Part shown: positions 37,283-38,633 of the stretch, piece after piece
Layout of the letters: each line of letters starts with the position of its first letter
Position numbering within the stretch: the first letter of the stretch is position 1
Virus record (IMG/VR): IMGVR_UViG_3300017784_009384
Span: 1 to 38,633 of that record
Length of the DNA stretch: 38,633 nucleotides
From: a virus
Lineage: Duplodnaviria > Caudoviricetes
Reading direction: 5' to 3' (one strand)
Position numbers and translations under genes: made by a program
The notes under the pieces: generated by a model
Seen by the model: only the letters and a program-made list of their open reading frames with translations
Databases searched by the model: none
What the model was told of the DNA's origin: nothing

Positions 37283-37990
37283 GTGAAAGATCGGGCATTT
37301 AGCTTTGAAATCAAAGACTTAATGATTCAATTTGTTGCTGCATTCGACAATGTAATTATTAAGAGGTATAATTCTATTCGTGAAGAGCAAGATCAAATTC
37401 AGGTAAGATATGTTTACAGTCCCAAGCAACGCGTTCTATTTGATATTGTAAATAGATCTCAAAATTTGACACTGCCTGTTATTGCAGTATCCATTAATAG
37501 TGTGTCGCGCGATAACGACAGAGTCTTCAATAAGATAGCTGGCTTTTATACCAACAAAACTCAAACTGAATCAAACCGAGGATCAACATCTGCATACATG
37601 CGCACACCAGTGCCCGTTAACATATCTGTTAACATGTCTATCCTTGCAAAGTATCAAAGCGACATGGATCAAATTATTTCTAATTTTGTACCCTACAATG
37701 ACCCTTACATCATTATAAGTTGGAAAGTACCTGAATCAGCTGGTCTTTCTATTCCACAAGAAATAAGAAGTGAAATATTATGGGACGGTAATTTGAACAT
37801 GACCTACCCCACAGACATTAATGCATCTGACAAGTATCGTATTTCTGCTGATACTTCATTTACAATTAAAGGCTGGTTATTCAAAGATCTTTCTAAAAAT
37901 GCAGTATCAAATATATTCTTTATTGATAACAATTTTAATTTGGATACTAGCTTTAGTTCACTCACATCATTTAATGCAGATACCAGATAA
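37283..37990 (+). CDS. gp15: tail sheath stabilizer/terminator, T4 gp15 family
   Basis: F...FDNV.IKR, V..VYSPKQ, PVPVNI...MSI.AKYQ.DMDQII..F.PY..P and FTIKGWLF. Confidence 0.85.
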   Translation: MKDRAFSFEIKDLMIQFVAAFDNVIIKRYNSIREEQDQIQVRYVYSPKQRVLFDIVNRSQNLTLPVIAVSINSVSRDNDRVFNKIAGFYTNKTQTESNRGSTSAYMRTPVPVNISVNMSILAKYQSDMDQIISNFVPYNDPYIIISWKVPESAGLSIPQEIRSEILWDGNLNMTYPTDINASDKYRISADTSFTIKGWLFKDLSKNAVSNIFFIDNNFNLDTSFSSLTSFNADTR

Positions 37991-37995
37991 AGAAA

Positions 37996-38633
37996 ATGAT
38001 TCACGAGGATATACCTGTACCAAATTACACAGAAATACCACGGGATGTTCTCGTGGCATTATCTCTTCAGAGTTACAATTTATTACGAACTAACGGTGTG
38101 TACTTGTGTGGGTTCGACTATTCCTTATTAACTAATTATTTAAGTACAGGTTTTTTTGATGGTTATGAAAAAGTTGAAGATTTTAAAAATATAAGAAGTT
38201 TATCGAGTTATTTTCCTTCATTTTCTGCATATAAGCTTTCAACAAATGCATACAGAATAGCAAATGATAATATTATTAATGTAAAACTACCTCCTGTTGC
38301 GCCATCATATACAGATGTATCATTTAATATAATTGCTAAGAATACAGGCGGTTATAGCAACAGTGAGTTATACTACCCCGCTGTTTCCCTTACACCAACT
38401 GTGACACCAACAATTACTGTGACACCATCTGTAACACCAACAATTACTGTGACACCAACTGTTACACCTACCATCACTGTTACACCTACCATCACTGTAA
38501 CACCAAACCCTACTGTGACACCAACAATTACTGTGACACCAACAGTTACACCTACCATTACTGTAACACCAACAATTACTGTGACACCAACACCTACTGT
38601 GACACCAACAATTACTGTAACACCAACAGTTAC
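37996..38633 (+). CDS. 3'-truncated protein with mucin-like (Thr-X)n repeat; absent from the supplied ORF track
   Basis: Translated by hand from ATG 37996 (MIHEDIPVPNY...NTGGYSNSELYYPAVSLTPTVTPTITVTP...); no stop before the window end. Confidence 0.85.
   Translation, partial: MIHEDIPVPNYTEIPRDVLVALSLQSYNLLRTNGVYLCGFDYSLLTNYLSTGFFDGYEKVEDFKNIRSLSSYFPSFSAYKLSTNAYRIANDNIINVKLPPVAPSYTDVSFNIIAKNTGGYSNSELYYPAVSLTPTVTPTITVTPSVTPTITVTPTVTPTITVTPTITVTPNPTVTPTITVTPTVTPTITVTPTITVTPTPTVTPTITVTPTV
38392..38633 (+). repeat. coding tandem repeat of 12/18-nt units (e.g. GTGACACCAACAATTACT) encoding TPTV / TPTITV
   Basis: Read directly; synonymous third-position variation shows it is protein-coding. Confidence 0.9.

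Noticed and set aside
37972-37996. Frameshift fusion of gp15 with the downstream TP-repeat ORF
   Set aside because: The -1 frame overlap is short (37975-37990) with no slippery heptamer or homopolymer, and the downstream ORF has its own ATG.
767-38558. All minus-strand ORFs and short nested plus-strand ORFs in the track (e.g. 1749..2108, 16811..17137, 35342..35650, 36318..36659, 37821..38093)
   Set aside because: They overlap longer motif-bearing plus-strand genes and show no recognisable motifs; treated as shadow ORFs.
38392-38633. CRISPR array or non-coding repeat
   Set aside because: There are no unique spacers; unit lengths are multiples of 3 with synonymous variation inside an open frame. 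The minus-strand VGVT ORF (38373-38558) is its shadow.
1-38633. Stop-codon reassignment (TAG or TGA) as seen in some large phages
   Set aside because: Conserved genes are full length in code 11, and both TAG (4419, 8438) and TGA (5345, 23653, 33037) end genes at sensible boundaries.
1-38633. tRNA, rRNA or structured ncRNA genes
   Set aside because: Intergenic gaps are all under about 45 nt and no cloverleaf or T-loop pattern was recognised; a covariance-model scan was not possible.

Overview
This is a densely coding, almost entirely + strand, AT-rich segment of a large T4-related (myovirus-like) phage genome, read in the standard code 11. The right end holds core morphogenesis genes: portal gp20, neck gp13, head-completion gp4 and tail terminator gp15. 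The middle (7749-18558) is a baseplate/tail-fibre module with PKD-, LamG- and NHL-like proteins, two Mtd_N-type fibre proteins, a fibre with an S74 chaperone, and an adhesin-like tip protein. Two enzyme islands flank this module. Island 1 (834-7736) has a GT60 polypeptide-GlcNAc-transferase-like enzyme, fucosyltransferase-like GT-B proteins, two FkbM methyltransferases and an HtrL-GT fusion. Island 2 (18561-30756) has five glycosyltransferases, a radical SAM/SPASM enzyme, an amidinotransferase, a PIG-L deacetylase, a PhyH dioxygenase, a flavin halogenase-family enzyme, a methyltransferase, a possible ABBA prenyltransferase-fold protein and a UDP-sugar dehydrogenase. Two mucin-like (Thr-X)n tracts occur. 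One is reachable only through a frameshift at an A9/A_AAA_AAG site; the other is in an ORF missing from the supplied track. The best candidate for a new system is phage-encoded mucin-type protein O-glycosylation with unusual glycan tailoring (de-N-acetylation/amidination, methylation, oxidation); this is inference. Two promoter classes (TAAATA late-type, and TTGnnn-N15/16-TAnnAT) sit only 4-6 nt before start codons and I saw no Shine-Dalgarno motifs there, which suggests leaderless mRNAs. All family calls come from motifs recognised by eye; no searches were run.
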